Source of the DNA: Chiloscyllium plagiosum
Taxonomy: Eukaryota
Direction of reading: 5' to 3'
Assembly (NCBI RefSeq): GCF_004010195.1
Contig: NC_057730.1
Location: forward strand, 19,628,687 to 19,692,686
Length of the DNA stretch: 64,000 bases
A program made the translations under genes and the position numbers. This document shows positions 1 through 11,566 of this stretch, one piece after another. Within the stretch, counting starts at the first letter, position 1. Each line of letters starts with the position of its first letter. The notes beneath the pieces are model-generated. The model saw only the letters and a list, made by a program, of their open reading frames with translations, searched no databases and was not told where the DNA came from.

Positions 1-2343
1 AGATGGATCAGTTTTTGTTCAATATGTGCAGGAGGGTTTTCTGACACCATTTGTAGACAGCAACAAGCAGCGATGCCATATTGGATTTGGTACTGGAGAA
101 TTAACCCGGCCAGGTTTTAGATTTGGAGATAGGTGACCATAATTTGGTTATGTTTACAATAGCAGGGAAAGAGATGTAACTGGGGGTAAGGCAATTATGA
201 TGTGATTGATTAGGCAAGATTTAGGATACATAGGATGATGAAGGAAACTGGAGGGGATGAACGCTCTTGAAATGTGGATCTTATTCAAGGAACAGCTACT
301 ACGAGTCCTTGATAAGTATATATCTATCAGGCAGGGAGGAAGTTGTCAAGAGAGGAAGCCATAGTTTACTAAAGAAGTTGAACTCTTGTCAAGAGGAGAA
401 AGAAGGCTTATGTGATGAGGCGTGAAAGCTCAGTTAAGAGGGCTTGAGAGTTGTAAGTTAGCCAGTAAAGATCTGAAGAGAGGGTTAAGAAGAGCCAGGA
501 AGGGACATGAGAGGTTGTTGGCGATTAGGATCAAGGAAAACCCTAAGGCCTTCTATAGGTATATCAGGAAAAAAAGAATGACGAGAATAAGATTAGGGCC
601 AATCAAAGATAGTAGTGGGAAGTTGTGTGTGAAATCTGAGGACATAGGAGAAGTGCTTAATGAATACTTTTAGTCAGTATTCACATTGGAAATGGGCAGT
701 GTTAGTGAGAATACAGAGATCCAGGCTACAAGATTAGATGGGATTGAGGTTGACAAAGAGGAGGTTTTAGCAATTTTGGAAGATTTGAAAATAGATAAGA
801 CCCCTCGGCCGGATGGGATTTATCCTCTGATTCTCTGGGAAGCCAAGGAGGAGATTGCAAAGCCTTTGGCTTCGATCTTTATGTCATCATTGTCAACAGG
901 AGTAGTGCCAGAAGACTGGAGGACCTCAAATGTCATTCCCTTGATTAAGAAGGGAAGTCTGGACAACCCTGGTAATTATAGGCCAGTGAAACTTACTTCA
1001 GTTGTGAATAAGATATTGGCAAAGGTTGTAAGAGATAGCATTTATAATCATCTGGAAAGGAATAATTTGATTAGGGGTAGTCATCATGGTTTTGTGAAGG
1101 GTAGGTCATGCCTGACTAACCTTATTGAGTTCTTCGAGAAGGTGACAAAACAGGTGGATGAAGGTAATGCAATTGATGTAGTGTATATGGACTTCAGTAA
1201 GGCGTTTGATCAAGTTCCACACAGTAGGCTATTGCACAAAGTAAGGAGTTACGGGATTGAAGGTGATTTCGTGGTTTGGATCACAAATTGGCTAGCTGAA
1301 AGAAGACAGAGGGTGGTGGTTGATGGGAAATGTTTATCCTGGAGCTCAGTTGCCAGTGGTATGCCGCAAGGATCTGTTTTGGGGCCACTGTTTATAGTCA
1401 TTTTTATAAATGACCTAGAGGTGGGCATAAAATAATGGATTAGTAAATTTGCAGATAACACTACAATAGGCAGAGTTGTGGATAGTGCCGAAGGATGTTG
1501 TGGGTTACAGAGGGACTTAGGTAAGATGCAGAGCTGGGCTGAGAAGTGACAAGTGGAGTTTAAAGTGGAGTTTAATGTGGAAAAGTGTGAGATAGTTCAT
1601 TTTGGAAGAAGTAACAGGAATGCAAAATACTGGGCTAATGGTAAAATTCTTGGCAGTGTAGGTGAACAGAGAGATCTCGGTGTTCAGGTGCATAAATCCC
1701 TGAAAGTTGCCACCCAGGTTGATAGGGTTGTTCAGAAGGCATATGGTGTGTTGGCATTTATTGGTAGGGGGATTGAGGTTTGGAGCCACGAGGTCATGTT
1801 TCAGTTCTACAAGACAGTGGTAAGGCCGCACTTGGAGTAATGCGTGCAGTTATGGTCACTGAATTCTAGGATGTGGAAGCTTTGGAAAGGACTCAGAGGA
1901 AATTTACTAGGGTGTTGCCTGGTATGAAAGGAAGGTCTTACGAGGAAAGGCTGAGGGAACTGAGGGTGTTTCGCTGGAGAGGAGGAGGTTGCGAGGTGAC
2001 TTAATCGAGACACAAGATAATCAGAGGGCGAGATAGGGTGGACAGTGAGAGCTTTTTTCCTTGGATGGTGATGGCTAACACGAGGGGACATAGCTGTAAA
2101 TTGAGGGGTAATAGATTTAGGACCGATATTAGGGGTAGTTTCTTAACTCAGAGTAGTAGGGATGTGGAACGGCCTGCCTGCGACAGTAGTAGACTTGCCT
2201 ACGTTAAGGGCATTTAAATGAGCATTGGACATATATATGGATAATTATGGAACAGTGTAGGTTCGATGGGCATCAGATTAATTTCACAGGTCGGAGCAAC
2301 GTCGAGGGCCAAAGGGCCTGTACTGCGCTGTAATGTTCTATGT
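1..2343 (+). mobile_element. CR1-clade LINE, ORF2 (end of endonuclease region plus RT) through 3' end, decayed
   Basis: ORFs 422-673, 686-1435 and 1553-1840 carry CR1 RT motifs (PGNYRPV.LTS, GRSCLTNL, YMDFSKAFD.VPH, GMPQGSVLGP, VRPHLE), broken by stops and frameshifts; ends in a taatgttctatgtt tail. Confidence 0.92.
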
Positions 2344-2345
2344 TG

Positions 2346-3465
2346 ATTAATGCAGAGCAGTGGACATGGTTTACATGGACTTCAGTAAAGCCTTTGTCAA
2401 GGTTCTGCATAGTAGACTAATTAGTAAAGTTAGATCCACATGGGGTTCAGGGTGCATTTGTCAACTGAATACAAAATTGGTTCAATGGAAGGAGACAGGG
2501 GGGCAGGTTGTTTTTCGTACTGGACTCCAGCCACCTGAGTGTTCCGCAGGGATCGGTATTGCGTCCACTTTTGTTTTGGATGTGAATATAGAAAAGTATG
2601 GTTAGTATGTTTGCATTGACATTAAAATTGGTGGTATAGTGGACTGTGAAGAAGGTTGTCTAAGATTATAAAGAGATCTGTTGGGGCAGTGGACTGAGGA
2701 GTGGCAAATGGGGTTTAATTTGGATAAATGCAAGCTATTGCATTTTGGTAATACAAACAAGGACAGGACTTCAATTAATGGTAGGATTTCAAGTACATAA
2801 TTCTTTGAAGTTTGTGTCACATGTAGACAGGGTGGTTAAGAAGGCATTTAGCACATTTGCCTTCGTCACGCAGACTTTTGAATATAGGATTTGGGAAATG
2901 ATATTAAGGTTGTACAAGACATTGATGAGGCCTCTTCGTGAGTACTATGTGCAGTTCTGGTTGCCCTGTTGCTTGGAGGATGTTATTAAGCTGAAGAGGA
3001 TTCAGAAAATATTTACTGGGATGTTGCTAGGCATGGAGGGTTTGATTTATAAGGAGAGGCTAGGACTTTTTCCACTGGAGCATAGAAGGTTCGAGAGTGA
3101 CCATACAGAGGTTTATAAAATGGTGAGGGGCACAGGTAAGGAGAATGGCAGGTGTGTATTCCTTGGATTGGAGGAATCAAGATTTGGGTGGGGCAGGGGG
3201 GCATATTTTTATGGTGCGAGGAGAAAGATTTAGAAAGAACCTGAGGGGCAACTGTTTTTTACATAGAGGGTGGCTCGTGTGTGAATGAACTTCCAGAAGT
3301 AGTTGTGGGTACAGTTACAATGTCTAAAAGACATGTTAATCAGTGTATGAATAAGAAATATTTGGAGGGATATGGGCCAAGCACAGGCATGTGGCACTAG
3401 TTTAGTTTGGGATTATAGCATGGACTGGTTGGACTGAAGGATCTGTTACTGTACTATATGACTCT
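2346..3465 (+). mobile_element. 5'-truncated CR1 LINE (second copy)
   Basis: DMVYMDFSKAF, YKTLMRPLREYYVQFW and ERLGLFPLEHRR motifs; CR1 3' tail ...gtactatatgactct. Confidence 0.88.
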
Positions 3466-3479
3466 TAAGTTATTCATCA

Positions 3480-4025
3480 GTTATACCAGCTATTGTTGAG
3501 CCCATATCTCTAGAGTACTGTGTAAAATGTTGGTCTCCTTATTTAAGGAAGAATGTAAACGTATTGAAAGCAATTTGGAGAAAGTTTACTAGACTAATAC
3601 ACAAAATGGATGGATTGCCTTATGAAGAAAACTCCACTTTGGTTTGTATCTGCTGGAGTTTAGAAGTGTGCGGTGACTTGATTGAAAAGTATGCAATCCT
3701 AAGGAGTCTTGACAGATTGGATTAGGTTTTAAAAAAAATTAAAACTAGGTCTCAATCTCAAAATAAAGGGTCATCCATTTAAAATGTGAAATTGTTTTTC
3801 TAACATTGCGCTGTAAGTCTTTGGAGTTCTCTTCCTGAAAAGTCAATGGAAGAGAGAGACTTAGAATATTTTTAAGGCAGAAGTAGGTAGGTTCTTGATA
3901 AGCAAGAGGTTGAAAGGTTATCTAGGTGGTTGGGAATGTGGAATAATCAGATAATGCATGTATTTCGTGAACGGAAGAGCAGGCTTGAGGGAGTGAGTGG
4001 CTTACTCCTGCTCTGCATTTATATG
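3480..4025 (+). mobile_element. old CR1 3' fragment
   Basis: Degenerate LEYCV..W and FTRLI..M.GL.YEE motifs plus a CR1-like 3' UTR. Confidence 0.65.
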
Positions 4026-4199
4026 TTGAAACATTTATGGTTTGATGGTCCCTTTTGGGAATAACCATGTTCTTAACATTTTCAGTATTATTGTCAGACC
4101 AATCTGGTTGATGTGACCATTGCACAAAATAGTTTAATGTAAATAGGTTCTTGCATGCAAGATTTCATCAGTACAAACAAATTTCATTTAATTGTTGAA

Positions 4200-4420
4200 T
4201 AAAGGCAAAATATTGCAGATGCCGGAAATCTAAAATAAACAGCGCTGGAGAAATGCAGCAGGTCTGGCAACATGTCTAGAAAGAGAAACAGTTATTGTTT
4301 CAAATCCAATATGACACTTCTTCAGAACTGAAGAGTCATAATAGACTTGAAATGTTAACTCAGTTTTTCTCTCCACAGATGCAGCCAGGCTTGCTGAATT
4401 TCTCCAGCATTCTGTTTCAT
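4200..4420. mobile_element. palindromic element made of two inverted Penelope-like terminal repeats
   Basis: Left arm gctggagaaatgcagcaggtctggc is the approximate reverse complement of right arm gccaggcttgctgaatttctccagc; centre cttcttcagaactgaagag. Confidence 0.7.
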
Positions 4421-4568
4421 TGAACTGTTGATTGAGAAATTGGGTGGTCCACGACAGTCTATTGGCCAAAGAGTGGTGATTAATATCATGCCTGCATTTA
4501 TTCAACTTTGTCTTCATGTGTTTGAGAAGTTTTTTTTAAGTAATCAATATATTTTTTTTCTGTTTCAG

Positions 4569-5984
4569 GGCAAATCAAAACAAATTGCTAATGTCTTCTA
4601 AAGCCAGTTCTGCAATAAATCATAGTGGGGGTGGTGGTGATGCAGACACAGTACATACATACATGGCTGACAAGCAAGCAAATCCACTGGTCTCTCCACT
4701 AAAAGAAGCCACTGATGGGCCATCCACATCATCCACAGTCAATCCTATTAAAAGCAACAGTGAACTTCAGAAAAATATCGCTGAATGTTGTCATGTTAAC
4801 AGTAGTTCCCATGACCAAAGTCCTGTCCACAAAGTACAAGCAATTCCAGAAATTACTGAAACCCAAGAAAAATTAAGGCCTAATCAGGTCAAAGAGGAGA
4901 TGCAGACTGGTGACCATAAGACCAATATTCATGGTTTTGAAAATAAGCAATCAAGTCAAGATCTAGGCAATAAGGTGCCAGAATTGCAAAATCACAGTAA
5001 TAACCCTCAATCTAATAACAACCAGGAAAGTATTTTGGAAAATGAAAGTCAATCTTGTAAGGAACACTCCTACAGGGGGAGGACTAATCAGGATGATTCT
5101 ACAGGAAGAGATCATTGCAACAAAAAACCTCAGTCTGATAGGGTAACAAATAACGAAGTCAAGAACTGGGTAATTGAGGAAAGTCGTCAACCTGTCAACA
5201 AAAATCAATATCACGAAAACGAACCAAGTCAAGACATACAGCAGAAACCAGAGCAGCAACCAACTAATTTTGTGGAATCTCCCATTGGGGAACATTTGAA
5301 TGAAAATAAGAACAGCATTTCAGAACAGGATAATACTTACAAAGACGTCTGTCTTCTGTCACCAAGGAAAAATATAGCTGGTCCAGAGGAAATGCAGGTT
5401 CAGCTGAAAGAAAACTCAACTTTCGTCGATGTAAAATCTCAATGTAGAGAAAGGACTGGTGCAGAAAAGAATAGAACTTTACAAAAGGATAGTTATAAGG
5501 GTGAGTCTAATTATAGACACAGATCTAGGGAACACAAAGATAGAAGAATGCACCAAAATGCAAGGGAGTTTGAAAAATCAGCAAGTTGCAATTACAGGAA
5601 TTGTTCCCACAAGCAAGATTATTATCAAGACAGTCGCATTGATAAATATAGAAGAAATAATGAGTGTCCAGCTGATAGGCAAAACTACAGTAATTCAAAG
5701 ACAAGCTCATTACTAGCTTATTATCCTTATCAAGATAGGTTTTACAGAGAGAAATATAATTCTGGCTCAAATGGAAGGACTTGGAGCAGTCAATTTGAAT
5801 ATAATGGACTGGAACACAAATATGAGCATAAAAGGAAACGTAATAATAGTGTGAATGATGAAGGTGATCCTGAAAGGAAATGTAAAAAACTGCATCGATC
5901 ATCTGAGGAGAGGAGAATGAAAAAGCATAAAAAATCAAAGAAAAAAAAGACATCAAAAGACAAACACAGAAGTAGAGACCACAG
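4569..5984 (+). CDS. USP42: USP42 large low-complexity exon (C-terminal disordered region)
   Basis: Acceptor tgtttcag|G at 4568/4569 and donor CAG|gtatga at 5984/5985; open frame ending KKHKKSKKKKTSKDKHRSRDH, like the human USP42 lysine-rich region; convergent with CYTH3 as in human. Confidence 0.88.
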
Positions 5985-6342
5985 GTATGATTCGAAGCTT
6001 GTTGTTGTAGCTTTTGTATTCATCACCACCTACATCAGTATAAAACGGTTTTAAATGTTTCAGAAACTTCCTGTGGCTACACTTCTACATTCTTCACAGA
6101 TTATTTTGAAGTCATTTTAATTTTTATTTATTTATTACCTATAATCAAGTTTGCTTGCACAGGTCTGTATTTGTGACATGGCTGGTGGAAGGTTAGAACC
6201 TCTAGGAGCCTCTGCAGTACCAGGGCTTTGCTGCATTTTTGCAAGACACACTGTTGATTCTGTCCATCTGTAAATTGGCTGAGAATAAGGTGATCTCATT
6301 AATGCTCATCCTCAAGATTGTTCATCTTGGCCAATACTAGAA

Positions 6343-6505
6343 TACAGAGAAACCTCGATTATCCAAGTTTCGGATTATCTGGCAAGATTGCAATGTCCCG
6401 ATGCTCAGCTAAACGATGTTACCTGGCATTCAATTATCCAGAATTCGATTAACCGAACAAAATACTGCCTACCCATGTCCTTTGGAAAATTGAAATTCCT
6501 CTGTA
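6343..6505. mobile_element. Tc1/mariner (Tigger/pogo-like) MITE
   Basis: TA-flanked imperfect TIRs TACAGAGAAACCTCGATTATCC...GGAAAATTGAAATTCCTCTGTA; same TIR at 27039 and 28299. Confidence 0.75.
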
Positions 6506-7088
6506 TCTTGAATATCTTAAGTTCTGTGGATTTAGTGATAGAAATAATTGGGACTAGAGCCATTTTCTTTCTCTCCAGTCCAATATTGGCATCAAGCTGC
6601 CATGATATTGGTCGACTTTAGGGTGAAGCTCCTTTGGCTTTCTCCACACAATTTGTGTAAACTCCAAGATAGATAAAGGAATCCTAAACTACTAATGTGA
6701 TTTTCATTTGCCAGATCGCATGAGACTCCCATTGCTCTGAGTGAGTACCAGCAAGGATAAGACATCTGTTTGCATTTAATTATTGTTGGAGATTTGTGAC
6801 TGTAGTAGCAGGCCACTTTTGAAACTTCCTTTTGAAGTATTATAATTAAGTATTTAAAATGAAATCAATTGTGAGAAATTTGCGATAATAGCATGTAATT
6901 CAGAACAAGTGACTTTTGCAAATCTGAGGTTTTGATTTTAAATGTGTCATTAGCAGCAGCAACACTGCCAAAAATTTGAAAAATGGCCTTTTCTTCCTCA
7001 GTAAACTTTAAGTAGACAGTGCAAAGTTTTTCTTTTGTATTTTCTGCAATTTTGCCATTCACTGATTTATAAAATCTGCATTTTCAAG

Positions 7089-7417
7089 GCAACAACCTTT
7101 TGGTGCATCTGAGGCAAGCTGTGACATTGATGAAAGAAAGCACAGGAAGAAGAAGAAGAAGAAAAAAAAGAAACGGCATCACAGTGATAAAGACAGCCAT
7201 TTTCAGAAAGAGCATTATCATTCCAGGAAACATCATAGCATGAAATCACCTCATGCCAGTAACAAATGGGAAAGGTTCTGTGAGTCAACTCGAGGTACCT
7301 ATTCTGAAGATAAGATGATCCATAGAAATAAACAAACCGGTGGGGATCAAATTCCACAGAAAGAAAAATTGCCACATTTGGACACTAAGCTAAATGGCTC
7401 CCATGTCCACAGCAAAG
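7089..7417 (+). CDS. USP42: USP42 exon with poly-Lys tract
   Basis: ttttcaag| acceptor and AAAG|gtagga donor; phase matches the upstream exon; encodes RQQPFGASEASCDIDERKHRKKKKKKKKKRHHS, like human RHQQDSD...HKKKKKKKKRHS. Confidence 0.85.
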
Positions 7418-8331
7418 GTAGGATGCAGTGAAGAGTTATGATCAGTTTTGGTAAAATGTGGCATTGGTCTTAATTCTGAAAATAGAGTTCATGCTAGTTT
7501 GATTTTGTATGATCTCAATATTGGACATTTCATTCACACCAAAGCGCGCTCAATGGATAAAATTTCAATTAACATATTTAATTCCATTTTAAATATAACT
7601 CTATTGTACTTCAGTCATAATGTAAATATCTTAAGATTAGCCTTATGCAACAATATTAATATTTGCAGTTAATCTCCATTTTTTCAGCGTACATCGACTT
7701 AGTTATGCATCTAAAGAACTACTTGTCATCATTGATGTACACCTGTGGCAGAGAAGCCTTTTGGCTTCATTCATGAAAATAATACACTTGATGGATGCAT
7801 TTGTTTATAAACCTCATGGAGTAATATGAAAATAAGCAGGAAGCACAACTTTGTCTTATGTTCACAAATTGTGCCAAAGCTCTTGACACTGTCCAGCATA
7901 TTGCTCTATGGAAGACACTTACACACTTTGCATCCAAACTTATGTTACTAATAAGAGAGCTATACAGAAATGGTTGTGATATGAGTTAGTGATAGGCATA
8001 CAAACCAATTCCAGTTTGAGAAGGGATTCATATAGGAGTTTCTGCCATCACCCATGCTGTTTAGTATGGGAGAGAAGGTAAAGACAATGGTGCAAGAAGA
8101 CTTACCATAGAGATGCATCAGTCTCCTAAGAGGTTTTAGAATGTGAAATCTCAGGTATGTAGTTGACAACACACATCAACAGAATAGAGAGAGAGCTCGG
8201 GACTATGACAAGCATAGTCAAAAGACACAGTGAGTCTTTTGAATGAATGTAAATGAGGTAAACGACCAGTATTATGCTTCTAGATGGCAATGGAAAAGTC
8301 AAGATTATAAGTGGTGAGAGACAGTTAGCAA

Positions 8332-9203
8332 ATTATTTATTTATTTATTTATTTATGTGTTCATTAGATGAGAAAGTCACTGGCTAGGCCAATATTTATT
8401 GCCCATCCCTAATTGTCCAGAGGGCAGTTAAGAGTCCATCACATTGCTGTGAATCTGGAGTCACATGTAAGCCAGACCAAGTAAGGATGGCAGTTTCCTT
8501 CTTGTTTTAAAAAATTCTCAAGGTCAGGTTCGTAGGAGAGTAGTCTGACACAGAACAAACGACCAAGAGGCGAGTCTGCTAGAATATGGGCATTTTATTC
8601 CCCGCAGCGTCGCCACAACGGGTCTGGCTTATACTCACTCTACATGTTACCGGAACTGGGAGCCGTCAGTTCTCGTAGAGCGGTTGCCAACAACCCACGC
8701 TCGGCGGTTAAACGTAACCCCGGAGCAGACTCACCGAACTGGAGACTTTTCCAGCTGATATACTCTTTTCCAGATATAAACATTCATGTGAACAGCAGAG
8801 CAAGGCTAAAAAACACATTCCATTCTGGTTACATACAGATAAGAAGATTCACACGGGGAGGTGTGTAATAAGATTCACACGGGACACCATATTCCACTGC
8901 TTGGCCCAATACATGTGTTACATTATGATTCACACATGTATTGGGACATAATTTTTAACCGTTTCACCACATTCCACTGCTTGGAATTTTACACCACACT
9001 TCTCCAAAGGACATTAGTGAATAAGATTGGTGTTTCCAACAATCGACAGTGGGATTCATGGTCACCGTTAGATGCTTCATTCCAGATTTTTGAATTCAAA
9101 TTCCACCATCTGCCATGACAGGATTCGAACCCAGGTCCCCAGAATATTACCTCGGTCTCTGGATTAACAGTCCAGTGATACGACCACTAGGCCACCACCT
9201 CAA
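8332..9203 (-). mobile_element. tRNA-derived SINE with LINE-like 3' tail, split by a solo LTR
   Basis: Minus strand: A box GGTGGCCTAGTGG, B box GGTTCGAATCC, tail GGGCAATAAAT and (TAAA)n microsatellite at 8332-8356; related copy at 61233-61645. Confidence 0.8.
8503..8998 (-). mobile_element. solo LTR (ERV or LTR retrotransposon)
   Basis: TG...CA termini; 5-bp TSD CTTCT (8498-8502 and 8999-9003); minus-strand TATA-like motif ~8760 and AATAAA ~8595; internal repeats attccactgcttgg x2 and gattcacac x3. Confidence 0.85.
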
Positions 9204-10084
9204 GTGATTGATAATGAACAACAAATTTGGTCAAGAATTAAATTCTGGTTGATTAGTTAGGACAATAAGCATAACCAGTGACTTTAGTAGATTCTGGAAG
9301 TTCATAAGCATGACACTGAAGAAACGTCTAGTCAGCTGACCACTATGGAGTGTTGCATTACATAATTCCAAGAGTTGGGACTCTGAAGAAAGTGGATGAG
9401 AGAACATTATTAGCTTTTGAAATGTGTGTGACAAAGGATGCTCAGAATCAACTGGGTGGACAAAGACACAAATAAATGGGTTAGATCAAATGTAGAAGCT
9501 CAATAATTAAAAGAGGTGGTAAGTGCAGTTAGAGAAAGGTTGTGAAGTACAGACACTAGAGACGGAGACCCTACAACCTTATACCAGCAAAGATTGAAGA
9601 AGAAGCCAAGTGTAAAAACAGAAGACAGGAGAAAAATCAGCTGGATGGAAAACATTGAAATGTGAACTGAGGGAGGCCTGAAGGAAACCAAAGAAGTGAG
9701 AGAATGCCAATCGCCTCACTAAGCCTATGGTTAAACCAAACAAAATTACTCTTCGGAGACCTTATTTCTGCCATTAGAGATACAAAAACAATATAGCAAA
9801 CAGATTAACCAAATTTTTTTAAATGATCCTTGATTAGTGCTCCATCTGGTGTTGTAAGAACTTGAACTGTTTGAAATTTGCACTAAATTCTGTTTGCTTA
9901 ATGTAAATTCCAAAACCACTGTTGGAAACAGTGGGATACCAGTAACAGACCAGTACTTGTTATTCTCTCCCTTATCATAGTGCAGGATACGCAAGTAATA
10001 CACTTTGTGGCGTATTTGAGGCAGGCTCACAAAGTTTTTCAGAGGAGCTAGGGTAAGAGAGGACAGAATATCAAATAAAAAAAG

Positions 10085-10378
10085 GCAGGGCGGCACAGTG
10101 GCTAGCACTGCTGCCTCACAGTGCTGGGAACCAGGGTTCAATTCCAGCCTATGGCGACTGTCTGTGTGGAGTTTGCACATTCTCCCTGTATCTGCGTGGG
10201 TTTCCTCCCACAGTCCAAAGATGTGCAGGTTAGGTGAATTGGCCATTCTAAATTGCCCATAGTGTTAGGTGCTGGGATAAATGTAGGGGAATGGGTCTGG
10301 GTGGGTTGCTCTTCAGAGGGTCGGTGTGGACTTGTTGAGCCAAAGGGCCTGTTTCCATACTGTAGGGAATCTAATCTA
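10085..10378 (+). mobile_element. HE1 V-SINE
   Basis: tRNA-like head (gtggctagcactgctgcctcacag...ggttcaattcc), V-domain gtgtggagtttgcacattctcc, HER1-type tail gggcctgtttccatactgtag. Confidence 0.9.
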
Positions 10379-11058
10379 TTCATAAGCAAATACTACAGCT
10401 TGCCAGTGCCCCAACTAAAGCTGCATTTGTGAACCAATATCAAACAGTTTAGTCAGGTAGAAAGACATTTGTGCACACACTGGACTAGATTTCCTGGATG
10501 CGTCAGCAGTATTGGCTGCATTAAATAACTCTAGAAAGCAATTATAGTAAGTAATCCATATTTTCAGAATAAGTAACTACGTGAAACTATATTGAATAAA
10601 TTTTATTTGTAATGTTTTTAAGCTGAGATGAAAATAGCCAGCCAGCCCGTCTCTGATGAAGAAAAATAGACTGGGCCTAATTGGATTCATTTCCTAGGTC
10701 ATGTTCAGGAGACTGTTAGTAATCAACTTAAGATTGTATTTCAGAATGTATTAATAGTAAAGCTGGTTTCATTTGTAGCTTAAAGTAAAACCTATACCAA
10801 TATCAAATTAGTTTCATGTCTACCTGGTGTTCTATGCATCTTATTGAAACAGTTGATTATCTACAGCCTGCCTCAAATAAAGAACATCAGTTTCAAATTA
10901 TTTGTCATCATTATTTTTAAAAAATTAACTTATTACAGGATGTTGTTTGTAAAGCCAATGGAACTGTTTGATTATTGTACTAAATTGTTTCACTTATCAT
11001 ATATTTAAATCCTGGATGCTACTTTCTCTAATGATTCCTTATTGCTGTTTAATTTCAG

Positions 11059-11205
11059 AGGAATTGTTGAATGAGCATAATGGAAGCTTAAATAGACATC
11101 TTTTGGACTATGTTGGATCAGGATCTCTTTCTGACTGGTCCAAGCAGAGGTTGGAAAATGGAAGTGATTCACATAAACCCTATTCAAAATTCGATAAAGA
11201 ACACT
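11059..11205 (+). CDS. USP42: probable USP42 exon (147 nt, symmetric phase 1-1)
   Basis: aatttcag| acceptor and CACT|gtaagt donor; open in the frame required by the 7089-7417 exon (EELLNEHNGSL...FDKEH). Confidence 0.65.
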
Positions 11206-11389
11206 GTAAGTCTATTGTTATGTTAACATTTGACATGAGTGTTCCTCAGTATTTTTGCTTCCCTATCAGTCCTTAGCTGAGAGGTTAGAATTGTTAAGTC
11301 TGCACATGAGAAGTTCAACACTTCTTAAGGTGATCTGCTGAACCATACCAGCGTTAGTAAGAGAAGCAACCTATTCTTGTTAATTGAAA

Positions 11390-11495
11390 CAAAGCAAAAT
11401 ACTGCAGATGCTAGTAAAACTCAGCGGTGTGGCAGCATCTGTGGAGAGTGAGTGAGTTAACCATTCAGTCTGACATGACACCCCTTCAGAACTGA
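11390..11495 (-). mobile_element. Penelope-like terminal-repeat fragment
   Basis: aaaatactgcagatgct...gcagcatctgtggagag...cttcagaactga, homologous to the arms at 4200 and 14520. Confidence 0.55.
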
Positions 11496-11566
11496 ATCTC
11501 TGGGCAGTTTGTTAAAAATGCGATATTTGCATTGCTAGAATTTGTTACTCATGTCCCTTAACCAAA

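Larger units (their letters stand above)
7850..9700 (+). mobile_element. ancient RTE/BovB-like LINE remnant, interrupted by a SINE and an LTR
   Basis: ~9377-9480 translates (with a frameshift) to WTLKKVDERTLLAFEMC..RMLRINWVDK.TNKWV, an RTE-BovB C-terminal motif; degenerate DTVQHIALWKTL near 7885; boundaries approximate. Confidence 0.6.

Noticed and set aside
4585-6054. 489-aa ORF as a stand-alone gene
   Set aside because: It has splice sites at both ends, continues in phase into the next exon, and its last ~22 codons are intronic.
8840-8990. Short direct repeats resembling a spaced array
   Set aside because: Only 2-3 irregular copies inside an LTR; not a CRISPR array, and the context is eukaryotic.
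10939-10975. Alternative USP42 acceptor tattacag|GATG
   Set aside because: Weak pyrimidine tract and an immediate in-frame stop; the 11059 acceptor fits better.
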